The notes: a model not told the origin generated them from the letters alone. 64,000 bases of DNA from Dehalococcoidia bacterium (GCA_965220265.1 CBDCPM010000001.1:30803-94802); one strand, 5' to 3'; positions 24,201 to 32,572 are shown, counted from the first letter of the stretch. A program made the numbers and translations.

Positions 24201-27151
24201 TTGTCGAACACGTTCTCCGGCAGCGTCGTCAGCTGGTTGGAGGAGAGGTCCAGGACGGTCAGGCTGGTCAGCGAGTCGAACTCGTCCTCCCGCAGCGCCG
24301 TCAGCGAGTTGGAGTACAGTCTCAGGGTGGTCAGGCTGGTCAGCGAGTCGAACACGTCCTTCGGCAGCGCCGACAGGTCGTTGGTGCTCAGCTTCAGCTC
24401 GGTCAGGCTGGTCAGGCCGTCGAACACGTCCGCCGGCAGCTCCGACAGTTCGTTGCTATGCAGGTACAGCGCCGTCAGGCCAGTCAGCCCGGCGAAGTCC
24501 CCCGACGCCAGGGCGGGGATGCTCAGGCTCGACAGGTCCAGGACCGTGATCTTCGCCAGCTCGGCGTCGTCCACCGCCGCGCAGTCGGTGGAGGTGACTG
24601 CGGAAGTCGCCAGGATGGTCGTCTCCACGTCGTCGGTGCGGTCGCAGATGCTCACCGTGGCCCTGACCGTCTGCTGCGCCTTCTTCGGGTCGGGGGTGTG
24701 CTCCGGCGTTGCGGCGTAGGCGTCGGGGGACTCCGGTCCCGGGCCCTGGGCATTGATGGCCTGCACCCGGTAGGCGTAGCGGGTCCCCGCCGCCACCGTG
24801 TCGTCGGTGTAGGAGGCGGCCGCCGAACCCGTGTCCTCGGCGATGACGGTGACCCCGGCCGGCCCCTGGCCGTCGCCGTAGGTGTCGCCGTCCCGGGAGC
24901 GGCGCAGCACCCGGTATCCGGTGATGGAATCGTCGCCGGGGTCGTCCCAGCTCAGCAGCACCTGGCTCTCGCTGGCGGCGGTGACCAGCCCGGTGGGCTG
25001 GGCCGGTGGCGCCGGTTCCTGCGGCGTCTCCGCGTTGACGTCGCCGGAGCGGGGGCTGCGCCCGTTGGCGTTGACAGCCTCGACCCGGTACACGTAGCGG
25101 GTGTGGGGGGTCACCGACGAGTCGGTGTAGGAGGTCGCCGCCGTGCCGGTGTCGTCCTCTATCGCCGCGAAGTCCGCCGCGCCCTGGCCGTCCCCGTACT
25201 CGTCGCCGTCACGGGAGCGGCGCAGCACCCGGTAGCCGGTGATGGAACTGTCCGACGGGTCGTCCCAGGCGAGGGTCACCGAGTCGTGGCTCACCGCGCC
25301 CACCGTCAGTCCGGTGGGCTGGGTCGGCGTGGACGAGTCCTCCGGTTCCTCCGGTTCCGCAGGAGCCTCCGGGGTCTCCACGTTGACGTAGCCGGAGCGG
25401 GGGCTGCGCCCGTTGGCGTTGACGGCCTCGACCCGGTACACGTAGCGGGTGTGGGGGGTCACCGACGAGTCGGTGTAGGAGGTCGCCGCCGTGCCGGTGT
25501 CGTCTTCTATCGCCGCGAAGTCCGCTGCGCCCTGGCCGTCCCCGTACTCGTCGCCGTCACGGGAGCGGCGCAGGACCCGGTAGCCGGTGATGGAACTGTC
25601 CGACGGGTCGTCCCAGCTCAGCAGCACCTGGCTCTCGCTGGCGGCGGTGACCAGCCCGGTGGGCTGGGCCGGTGGCGCCGGTTCCTGCGGCGTCTCCGCG
25701 TTGACGTCGCCGGAGCGGGGGCTGCGCCCGTTGGCGTTGACAGCCTCGACCCGGTACACGTAGCGGGTGGGGGGGGTCACCGACGAGTCGGTGTAGGAGG
25801 TCGCCGCCGTGCCGGTGTCGTCCTCTATCGCCGCGAAGTCCGCTGCGCCCTGGCCGTCCCCGTACTCGTCGCCGTCACGGGAGCGGCGCAGCACCCGGTA
25901 GCCGGTGATGGAACTGTCCGACGGGTCGTCCCAGGCGAGGGTCACCGAGTCGTGGCTCACCGCGCCCGCCGTCAGTCCGGTGGGCTGGGCCGGCGTGGAC
26001 GAGTCCTCCGGTTCCTCCGGTTCCGCAGGAGCCTCCGGGGTCTCCACGTTGACGTAGCCGGAGCGGGGGCTGCGCCCGTTGGCGTTGACGGCCTCGACCC
26101 GGTACACGTAGCGGGTGTGGGGGGTCACCGACGAGTCGGTGTAGGAGGTCGCCGCCGTGCCGGTGTCGTCCTCTATCGCCGCGAAGTCCGCTGCGCCCTG
26201 GCCGTCCCCGTACTCGTCGCCGTCCCGGGAGCGGCGCAGGACCCGGTAGCCGGTGATGGAACTGTCCGACGGGTCGTCCCAGCTCAGCAGCACCTGGCTC
26301 TCGCTGGCGGCGGTGACCAGCCCGGTGGGCTGGGCCGGTGGCGCCGGTTCCTGCGGCGTCTCCGCGTTGACGTCGCCGGAGCGGGGGCTGCGCCCGTTGG
26401 CGTTGACAGCCTCGACCCGGTACACGTAGCGGGTGGGGGGGGTCACCGACGAGTCGGTGTAGGAGGTCGCCGCCGTGCCGGTGTCGTCCTCTATCGCCGC
26501 GAAGTCCGCTGCGCCCTGGCCGTCCCCGTACTCGTCGCCGTCACGGGAGCGGCGCAGCACCCGGTAGCCGGTGATGGAACTGTCCGACGGGTCGTCCCAG
26601 GCGAGGGTCACCGAGTCGTGGCTCACCGCGCCCGCCGTCAGTCCGGTGGGCTGGGCCGGCGTGGACGAGTCCTCCGGTTCCTCCGGTTCCGCAGGAGCCT
26701 CCGGGGTCTCCACGTTGACGTAGCCGGAGCGGGGGCTGCGCCCGTTGGCGTTGACGGCCTCGACCCGGTACACGTAGCGGGTGTGGGGGGTCACCGACGA
26801 GTCGGTGTAGGAGGTCGCCGCCGTGCCGGTGTCGTCCTCTATCGCCGCGAAGTCCGCTGCGCCCTGGCCGTCCCCGTACTCGTCGCCGTCCCGGGAGCGG
26901 CGCAGGACCCGGTAGCCGGTGATGGAGCTGTCCGACGGGTCGTCCCAGGCGAGGGTCACGGAGTCGTGGCTCACCGCGTCCACCGTCAACCCGGTGGGCT
27001 GGGCCGGGGCGGAGCCCTCCTGACCCTGCACCGGCAGGACGCCGGACAGGACGGCTGCTAGGCTGAACGCGGCCAGGACTACCAGCAGTGTGACGACGAT
27101 GAGGGCGGCGCGTCTGCCCGGGGGTTTGAGCCGAAGGGTGATGCCCGTCAT
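21230..27151 (-). CDS. Giant secreted or anchored protein: signal/TM anchor, 7 FN3 domains, 4 LRR modules, about 10 propeller-like blades
   Basis: 1973 aa. The N-terminal hydrophobic anchor is AALIVVTLLVVLAAFSLAAVL. Seven FN3 units carry VTLAWDDPSDSSITGYRVLRR...YVYRVEAVNANGRS. Four LRR modules each open with IC.RT..V..AIL and carry L.L..N.L..LP..VFD.L..L. The C-terminal repeats are GLWSDG.T(L/I)WV.D...(L)YAY. Confidence 0.9.
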   Translation of the reverse strand: MTGITLRLKPPGRRAALIVVTLLVVLAAFSLAAVLSGVLPVQGQEGSAPAQPTGLTVDAVSHDSVTLAWDDPSDSSITGYRVLRRSRDGDEYGDGQGAADFAAIEDDTGTAATSYTDSSVTPHTRYVYRVEAVNANGRSPRSGYVNVETPEAPAEPEEPEDSSTPAQPTGLTAGAVSHDSVTLAWDDPSDSSITGYRVLRRSRDGDEYGDGQGAADFAAIEDDTGTAATSYTDSSVTPPTRYVYRVEAVNANGRSPRSGDVNAETPQEPAPPAQPTGLVTAASESQVLLSWDDPSDSSITGYRVLRRSRDGDEYGDGQGAADFAAIEDDTGTAATSYTDSSVTPHTRYVYRVEAVNANGRSPRSGYVNVETPEAPAEPEEPEDSSTPAQPTGLTAGAVSHDSVTLAWDDPSDSSITGYRVLRRSRDGDEYGDGQGAADFAAIEDDTGTAATSYTDSSVTPPTRYVYRVEAVNANGRSPRSGDVNAETPQEPAPPAQPTGLVTAASESQVLLSWDDPSDSSITGYRVLRRSRDGDEYGDGQGAADFAAIEDDTGTAATSYTDSSVTPHTRYVYRVEAVNANGRSPRSGYVNVETPEAPAEPEEPEDSSTPTQPTGLTVGAVSHDSVTLAWDDPSDSSITGYRVLRRSRDGDEYGDGQGAADFAAIEDDTGTAATSYTDSSVTPHTRYVYRVEAVNANGRSPRSGDVNAETPQEPAPPAQPTGLVTAASESQVLLSWDDPGDDSITGYRVLRRSRDGDTYGDGQGPAGVTVIAEDTGSAAASYTDDTVAAGTRYAYRVQAINAQGPGPESPDAYAATPEHTPDPKKAQQTVRATVSICDRTDDVETTILATSAVTSTDCAAVDDAELAKITVLDLSSLSIPALASGDFAGLTGLTALYLHSNELSELPADVFDGLTSLTELKLSTNDLSALPKDVFDSLTSLTTLRLYSNSLTALREDEFDSLTSLTVLDLSSNQLTTLPENVFDNLAALTNLNLRNNASLTLPVAEDRVMLLLVSLTTYNNEDYAQPTRTDICSRTDDVETAILGQVPYTVPCGQVPEVSLAQIESLDLSTRGITGLQADDFAGLTGLETLDLRGNDPDWPLPMSGDPVLGPLLSLTTYNGEPYVRTVDICSRTQAVRDAILARGEVTAAGCAAVDIYELEHITNLNLRNRGITALRPGDLDGLRGLTFLFLERNSLTALPEDVFDDLAALTYLYLERNSLSGLPETVFDNLAALIYLDLRDNDPGWTLPESGDRILRHLASLTIYNGAWYTGFAYICQRTGQVRTAILAATPADDACYSALPAELAKITSLDLSGRNISFLRPDDFDGLTGLKTLDLRNNAPGWTPPKLGDRVLEPLVSLTTYNGAPFLQVISGQSLGVIDLGRRHSVSEQVAEDLTLHHAYGNSHPNGLWSDGSTLWVADGLSDWPRTIELVVVNSGDLRHYFIPFAPHILPAAFPPYLHSQGTLSSHDGISALYAYDLETGSRRPLSDILHGVERADVVGNEQEPRFTEEFSREGARLGPFGPTGVWSDGELLWLADESQVIKAYRLSSFRNRAEATGAAELAPGRAILLPPSHVARGLWSDRTTLWVVEGVSGELRAYNLADGRRMSQLDITGIEGDPWDIWSNGVTLWVSGWSDAGRPQVLAYYLAGGRRDPARDLPLLQVASDGLASLPAEVRGLWSDGERMWVSDGQSQVWVYCLNANASCHTEDGTLRRDRVLTRRVANLLTRDEGRDIVPASNIRTYTIWSDGETLWRMNNASTPPTFEAHSLSTGADIGRDVVLTSANAHPIGVWGNDSTIWVSDYQDDKLYAYDRTNGTSYDETRNIDLAGGNDNPRDIWGNDSTIWVADGRAKKLYAYHLAAGDDFGGRDESSEFDLAPGNDRPIGLWSDGNTIWVIDNTDDVAYAYALAGGARRPAKDLSLVVYLGDFGSPAFFDGPLGIWSDGTERFWVSYATNFATSIYAYLAHSDLFE
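24950..27000. repeat. About three near-identical tandem copies of a 666-bp unit (two FN3 domains each) inside the giant gene
   Basis: The string GCTGGCGGCGGTGACCAGCCCGGTGGGCTGGG recurs at 24971, 25637 and 26303, an exact 666-nt spacing. Long flanking stretches are identical apart from scattered substitutions. Confidence 0.9.
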
Positions 27152-27680
27152 GGCGCATCACCCCGGAGGGGTCGTGATTCGACCGGATTGGCGTGGGATG
27201 GACCCGGAGGCTGCTGTGGGGCTAGCGGAGGGCCATATGAGAGGAAAAATCGGGGGGGATGACAGGGGTAGGTAAAGGCCGAGATTAGGTACAAAACCTC
27301 GGAATGTACGAGAGTTGAACACAGACCTCTCCAGCCTTGAGCGAGGGTGAAAGCCGCGTCTTCAGGTTTGTAAACCATAGTCCGCAACATCAACCGAAAT
27401 GAGGGTCATCAACATGACGCGAAAATACCTACCCCTGTCAGGGGGGGGGTGAACATTTGTGCTAGGCCCACGGGGGCAGGCGCGGGCGCCCGCGTCGTCG
27501 CGTCAGGCCCTGTCGTCTCCACTCCGTCTACCGGCCTACCGAATGGCAAGTGAATACCTCCCGCGGTGGGGCTGTTCGGGTCTGAATTAAACTCCCGCCA
27601 TGCCTCCCGTTTCTATGGCAAGGCCGTGGAATATCTCTGTAATTTACGTGTAATCCTATGCAGGGCGGCCCTCGAACAGC

Positions 27681-27686
27681 TATAAT
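27681..27686 (+). promoter_or_regulatory. Possible -10 box (TATAAT) for the kinase gene
   Basis: A perfect TATAAT lies 65 nt upstream of the ATG at 27752, which itself follows AAGGAGG. I found no convincing -35. Confidence 0.3.
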
Positions 27687-27751
27687 GAGCGGCGGCTGGG
27701 CCGAACGGTTTCCGGACCCGGTGCGCCCACGCCGTAAGGAGGCGGGAACCG

Positions 27752-29113
27752 ATGGACCAAGCCGACCGGAGGGAGATACGCGAGCTGCGGGAGCGCCTCT
27801 CCAAACTGAGCGAGGCCAGCCTGCGCATCAACGAGAGCCTCGACTTCGAGACGGTGTTGCAGGGGGTGCTGGACTCCGCCCGGTCGCTCACCGGAGCCCG
27901 CTACGGGGTGATCATCCTCCTCGACGATGCCGGGGGCATCCAGGACTTCCTGACCTCGGGGCTGACTGCCGAGGAGACCCGGCGGCTGTGGGAGGTGCCG
28001 GGGGGCCGGGGGCTCTTCGAGTACGTCGTCGGGACCGCCGGGCCGCTGCGGGTGCAGGACTTCCAGTCCCACATGAGGTCGCTGGGCCTGCCGGAGTTGA
28101 GCCTGCCCATGCCGGTGGGCGCCGTCTTCCCCTTCCTGGCCGCGCCGGTCCGCCACCGGGGCGAGGGCGTGGGCAACTTCTTCCTGGCCGAGAAGGAGGG
28201 GGGCGGCGAGTTCACCCCCGAGGACGAGGAGACCCTGGCGATGTTCGCCGCCCAGGCGGCGCTGGTCATCGCCAACGCCCGCCGCTACCGGGACGAGCAG
28301 CGGGCCAGGACCGACCTGGAGACCCTGATCAACACCGCTCCCGTGGGGGTGGTGGTCTTCGAAGGGAGGACCGGGGCGCCGGTTTCCTTCAACCGGGAGG
28401 CGGTGCGAATCCTCAACGGCCTGCGCACGCCGGAGCTGCCCCCGGAGCACCTGCTGGAGTTGCTGACCATCCGGCGGGCCGACGGGCGGGAGGTCTCCCT
28501 GGAGGAGCTGTCCATCGTCCAGGCGCTGAGCATCGGGGAGACGGTGCGGGCCGAGGAGATCGTCCTCCAGGTGCCCGACGGCCGCAGCGTCACCACCCTG
28601 CTCAACGCCACGCCCATCCGGTCGGAGGACGGGGAGGTCGAGTCCTACGTGGTGACCCTGCAGGACCTGACGCCCCTGGAGGAGCTGGAGCGGCGGCGCG
28701 CCGAGTTCCTGGGCATGGTCAGCCACGAGCTGCAGGCGCCCTTGGCCGCCATCAAGGGGTCGGCCGACACCCTGCTGGAGAATGCCCCGGACCTGGACCC
28801 GGCCGAGATGACCCAGTTCTTCCGCATCATCCGCGACCAGTCCGAGAGCATGCGCCATCTGATCGGCGACCTGGTGGACGTGGCGCGCATCGAGACCGGC
28901 ACCCTGCCGGTTTCCCCGGAGCCGGTGGAGGTCACCGTCCTGGTGGAGACGCGCGACATTCCCGGCGAGATCGTTCGCCGTGTCTGGAACGAGGGCCGGC
29001 GCGATTACGACACCCCGCATCGCTCCGGTCCGGAGACGCCGTCTGAGACGACCGGCGCGGGACCCGCTGGGGCGTTTACACTCCGCGCCAGCGCAGCAGG
29101 GCGTTACACCTGA
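27752..29113 (+). CDS. GAF-PAS-HisKA sensor histidine kinase lacking the HATPase_c domain (truncated or fused)
   Basis: 453 aa. The GAF region is ARYGVIILLDDAGG...GNFFLAEKEGGGEFTPEDEETLAMFAAQAALVIANARRY. A PAS-like segment follows, then the H-box FLGMVSHELQAPLAAIKG. After PEPVEVTVLVE the sequence turns into an unrelated tail (TRDIPGEIVRRVWNEGRRDY...) with no N, G1 or G2 boxes. Confidence 0.8.
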   Translation: MDQADRREIRELRERLSKLSEASLRINESLDFETVLQGVLDSARSLTGARYGVIILLDDAGGIQDFLTSGLTAEETRRLWEVPGGRGLFEYVVGTAGPLRVQDFQSHMRSLGLPELSLPMPVGAVFPFLAAPVRHRGEGVGNFFLAEKEGGGEFTPEDEETLAMFAAQAALVIANARRYRDEQRARTDLETLINTAPVGVVVFEGRTGAPVSFNREAVRILNGLRTPELPPEHLLELLTIRRADGREVSLEELSIVQALSIGETVRAEEIVLQVPDGRSVTTLLNATPIRSEDGEVESYVVTLQDLTPLEELERRRAEFLGMVSHELQAPLAAIKGSADTLLENAPDLDPAEMTQFFRIIRDQSESMRHLIGDLVDVARIETGTLPVSPEPVEVTVLVETRDIPGEIVRRVWNEGRRDYDTPHRSGPETPSETTGAGPAGAFTLRASAAGRYT

Positions 29114-29310
29114 CCAGATCCGGCGAGCCCGTCATCACCAAAGCGCTCCAGCGCAACCACGCACCCTCGTCGGCCCTGCCCATGGCGCCTACAATCTACC
29201 CGGCAACGTCATCAAACCCACCCCGGTTCCAGTACTCCCCAACGATGGCGTCCGGGTCACCCCAGTCAGCCCGACCCTCGGCAATGTCAGCTTCCCCCGC
29301 AATTCCACAA

Positions 29311-29775
29311 TCAGCCGGAACCAGCAGCCGAGCTGCCGCCATCGTCAGACACCCGGCTCGCCCGGGGCGCCCGGTTCAGCCCACGTTCCCCTACCGCAAT
29401 CGCCGCCTCCCGCAGTGCCCGGCCAGCCTCGACGGTCGCATCCGGATCCCCGGCGGCCCTGGCCCCATCCAGCCGGAACGCTGCCCACCACAGCGCCGAC
29501 AACGGATCCGGGTTGGCTCCCGCGACGCCGGCCCAGGGCTGTTGCTGGGGCTGCCAGTTGACGGCCGCCCGGTGTTCCCGGGCCGCCGCCGTCATCGTCT
29601 CCGCCGCAGCCAACAACTCCCGCAGCAGCGCTGCTTCACGGTCCGAAGGCGGACCGCCCTCGCCGGACCCGCGACGGGCCAGCGCCCGCTTGCCGTACCG
29701 TACCGCCGCCCGGGCCAATTGCGCCCGGGCGCGGGTTTGCGCTTTCCGCAGTTCAGGAATGCTGGCAGTGCTCAT
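29311..29775 (-). CDS. Hypothetical alanine/arginine-rich protein
   Basis: 154-aa ORF. The ATG at 29775 is preceded by GGAGGAAGtcg at ideal spacing. I recognised no family, and the high-GC composition makes coding status uncertain. Confidence 0.45.
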   Translation of the reverse strand: MSTASIPELRKAQTRARAQLARAAVRYGKRALARRGSGEGGPPSDREAALLRELLAAAETMTAAAREHRAAVNWQPQQQPWAGVAGANPDPLSALWWAAFRLDGARAAGDPDATVEAGRALREAAIAVGERGLNRAPRASRVSDDGGSSAAGSG

Positions 29776-30512
29776 CGACTTCCTCCGCGCTCCGTATTGC
29801 CTTCAAATCCGGTGATATTTTCGCCAGTCCATACGACCGCCGTCAACATCAACCGCCCCGGCACCGACTCCGCGACTGTCCTCCTGGAGATTGGGGTTGC
29901 TCAGCTCTGCACGGGGTAACGTCATTCGGCGCTCCGACCACGATCAGTGCTCCAATCACGATTTTTGCAAGGCGGAATACGTCCCCGCCGCCGAGCGCTC
30001 CGGCCCGGTCAGCCCCTCCCGCTGCCGCCCGCCTGAGCGACTCTTCGGCGATGACCGCGGTGGCAGCCCCGCCGTTGGAGCAGGCGTCCCGCTGTGCGAC
30101 AATTGCCCCGGCGGGCCGGTTGTCGCCCGTGAACGGGATGGGCGATTTCAACGCAGACCTTCCGCCGTGGAGGACCCGATGGTGGAACGACGGAAACCCA
30201 TCGTAACCGAGCTGGCCCTGGCCGACGCCCTGGACCAGCTGGTCAACCTGATCGAGGAGCTCAGGGCCGACGTCAGCCTCCGCGTGGAGATCACCACTGA
30301 CGAGACCGACCTGGTGAAGCTGGTCTTCTCCCGCACTCCCGACGTGGGATTTCCCCTGCAGCGGGAGGTACGCGACATTCCCGCCCAGATCGTTCGCCGT
30401 GTCTGGAACGAGGGTCTGCGCGACTACGAGATCGTGTAGCTCTGCAGGGACCCGTTCTACAGCGACTGAAACTACCTGGCGTAAGCCAACGCCAAGCTGA
30501 CATTCACGGCTT

Positions 30513-31214
30513 TCAGGCCGACAGTCCACTCCCTTCCCGGTGGTGCTGATCCAGCCGCCTACCAGTGATCCCCGCCAGCCGCTCGTCCACCATCATCCCC
30601 TCAGTCACGTTGTGAGCCCGCAGCTCCGCCATCTTCATCCTGAAACCGTGGCTCCCCCTAGTCGCCTTCGCACGGTTGCAGTATGGACACAACAACTGTA
30701 GGTTGCGGACCTCATCCTCACCGTCGTCGCTCAGCGCCACTATGTGGTCCGCCTCGAACCGCATGTGATGCGGTTGATGAAACCCGCACCCCGGGCACAC
30801 GCCACGCTGCACCGCGTAGAGGCCCATCCGAACCTCTTCGGGAACATTCCGCCGGTCGGACCCGCCACGGCGCGGTCGAGGCGGCCTTTTCTCGTACACC
30901 TCCGCCGATTCCACGTATTCCTCCAGCAGCGCCACATCCATGGGGCGGTCGGGCTCCCGGTACAGGTAGCGCCCCCGACTAACCCGGGTGATCAGCTGGG
31001 GCGACGGTTTGCTATGCCCTTGGGAGGTGCAGCCCGCCAAGTCGCTGAGTTCTCGATTGACCAAGTTGCGATCCCGCTTCGCCCCGGGGTCGAAGTCGGC
31101 TATCCCTGAGATCGCCACCAGCTCGTAGATCTCCTCGGTGGAAAGGACACGCCCCTGGTTTGCCGCCATAACCTGCACGATGTGGGGTCGCAGGTTGCTC
31201 GCTGATTTAGTCAA
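30513..31214 (-). CDS. HNH endonuclease with an N-terminal winged-helix-like region
   Basis: CPGCGFHQPHHMRFEADHIVALSDDGEDEVRNLQLLCPYCNRAK is a canonical HNH (C..C...H...DHi....G......NLq.lC..CN) motif. I prefer the TTG at 31214, 7 nt after GGAGG; the ORF track starts at 31244. Confidence 0.8.
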   Translation of the reverse strand: MTKSASNLRPHIVQVMAANQGRVLSTEEIYELVAISGIADFDPGAKRDRNLVNRELSDLAGCTSQGHSKPSPQLITRVSRGRYLYREPDRPMDVALLEEYVESAEVYEKRPPRPRRGGSDRRNVPEEVRMGLYAVQRGVCPGCGFHQPHHMRFEADHIVALSDDGEDEVRNLQLLCPYCNRAKATRGSHGFRMKMAELRAHNVTEGMMVDERLAGITGRRLDQHHREGSGLSA

Positions 31215-31463
31215 CTGCCAACCTCCGCTGCGGTAACCGTGCAACGCTTCAAAACTGATCTTCCAGGCCGATTATTCCATGTCACCCATACACCATACTA
31301 CTGCATCACCGTTGCAAGATTGTACTGTATTACCTCTTTACTTCATCACCATTGCACCGTTGCACCAAACAATTTGCCATCCCAGGTCCCCTCTTTTTGC
31401 TGGAGCCCCCTCTGTCCCTGGTCAACTACATTTGCCGACTTGTCGTCCACTATTTTTGCCGGT

Positions 31464-31856
31464 TCACCTCGTCGGCCGCGCTACTCTCGCCCCTTGCTGG
31501 CCGGCGTCGGTGCGGTAGCTGCGGACGTAAAACCGCAGGATGACAGAGCGGTGCACGACCCGGTCAATCGCCGCGGCGGTGGCCATGGAGTTGGCAAAGA
31601 TGCGCTCCCACTCTGAGAAAACCAGGTTGGACGTGATGCCCAGCGACCTCCGCTCGTAGCGTTCGGCGATGAGAGTGAAGATGACCTCGGACTCTTCGGT
31701 TCCCTGGGGCAGGTAGCCCAGGTCGTCCACGAGCAGGAAGTCGAAGTTGTCCAGCTTGCACAGCGGGCGAGGCACGCCCAGGTCGCGCTTGGCAGCCAAG
31801 AGCTCCTGCACCAAGCGGTAGTCCGGTGCGAAGAGGACCGAGTGGTCGGTCTCCAC
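31464..31856 (-). pseudogene. istB: IS21-family IstB helper ATPase, C-terminal two-thirds only
   Basis: FDFLLVDDLGYLPQGTEESEVIFTLIAERYERRSLGITSNLVFSEWERIFANSMATAAAIDRVVHRSVIL matches IstB from Walker B onward. The Walker A region and istA are absent. Confidence 0.8.
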
Positions 31857-32343
31857 CAGAATTGGAATTATGGATCACCGGTAGACCATTGCACCGTTGC
31901 ATCAATGCACCATAGCACCTGTCGGAGATCCAAGATCCGGAGGAAAGAGAATTTCTCCCGTGTACCGCCGCTGAATCCGCATTCGCAGGCTGGTAAGGAC
32001 ATAGAACACGGCGACGATCCGCGATCCCCCAGCTGGTTTTCCGGACCCGGGGAACCTGTCCCGGGAACTGCTCGCATCTCCGGGGCTGCTTGACGTTCCG
32101 ATACCACTGTTGCAGACATTGGCGGGACGCCAAAACACTTGGGAGCATCCGCCAGACCTGGAGAGGGCGACGTCCGGGTAATTACGTCGGAATCCGGGTG
32201 TGTTTCCGGGGTAAACAACTTCTCGCAGCTGCTACGACCTTGGCAGCTGCAACGTCCGTCAGAGCCCACAACAACGTCTCGGGCCAGCTTCACCAAGTCG
32301 ATTCGCATGGTACGATGGCCGAGTAACGTCAGCCTGACGCCCC

Positions 32344-32452
32344 GTGTTTTGGTGTCCCGTTTAACGTGTTTTGGTGTCCCGTTTAACGTGTTTTGGTGTC
32401 CCGTTTTCGTGTTTTGGTGTCCCGTTTAACGTGTTTTGGTGTCCCGTTTTAG
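32344..32452 (+). repeat. Iteron array: five contiguous direct repeats of GTGTTTTGGTGTCCCGTTTAAC (21-22 bp)
   Basis: The copies lie at 32344-32365, 32366-32387, 32388-32408, 32409-32430 and 32431-32452. They differ only in the last 2-3 nt. There are no spacers, so this is not a CRISPR array. The array lies upstream of the primase/RepA-like genes. Confidence 0.85.
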
Positions 32453-32480
32453 CAGCTTTACATATTGCGATTACCCTCAT

Positions 32481-32523
32481 CCCTACTACCCTACACTCCC
32501 TACTGCCCTACCGGGGAGTAGGG
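32481..32523 (+). repeat. Four phased CCCTAC repeats plus one inverted GTAGGG
   Basis: CCCTAC occurs at 32481, 32489, 32498 and 32506 (8-9 nt phasing). GTAGGG occurs at 32518-32523, directly after the iterons. Confidence 0.6.
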
Positions 32524-32527
32524 AGTG

Positions 32528-32572
32528 GGTCGGGCGGACGCTCTTGGGGAGCGCCGCCCGACCTGGGGTTTT
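32528..32572 (+). terminator. Strong GC hairpin followed by a T-run (terminator-like or origin structural element)
   Basis: GGTCGGGCGGACGCTC (32528-32543) pairs with GAGCGCCGCCCGACC (32549-32563) with one bulge. TGGGGTTTT follows. Confidence 0.45.

Noticed and set aside
22763-27061. A 1432-aa plus-strand ORF, the longest plus-strand ORF in the track
   Set aside because: It lies entirely antisense to the FN3/LRR gene. Its translation is a low-complexity R/G/V/A/Q run (…GRRRAGVVLYRREVR…). This is typical of stop-free shadow frames in high-GC DNA and has no domain signatures.
27680-29020. A 446-aa minus-strand ORF opposite the histidine kinase. Similar antisense ORFs are 43431..44813, 52712..54529, 17994..19118, 9142..10455, 9252..10232 and 16467..17333.
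   Set aside because: All overlap strongly supported genes on the other strand. All have the Arg/Gly/Ala/Pro-rich composition of GC-driven shadow ORFs and no recognisable motifs.
32344-32452. Possible CRISPR array
   Set aside because: The repeats are contiguous with no spacers and only 21-22 bp long. No cas genes are present. The context (primase, RepA, ParA, and inverted single copies) fits iterons.
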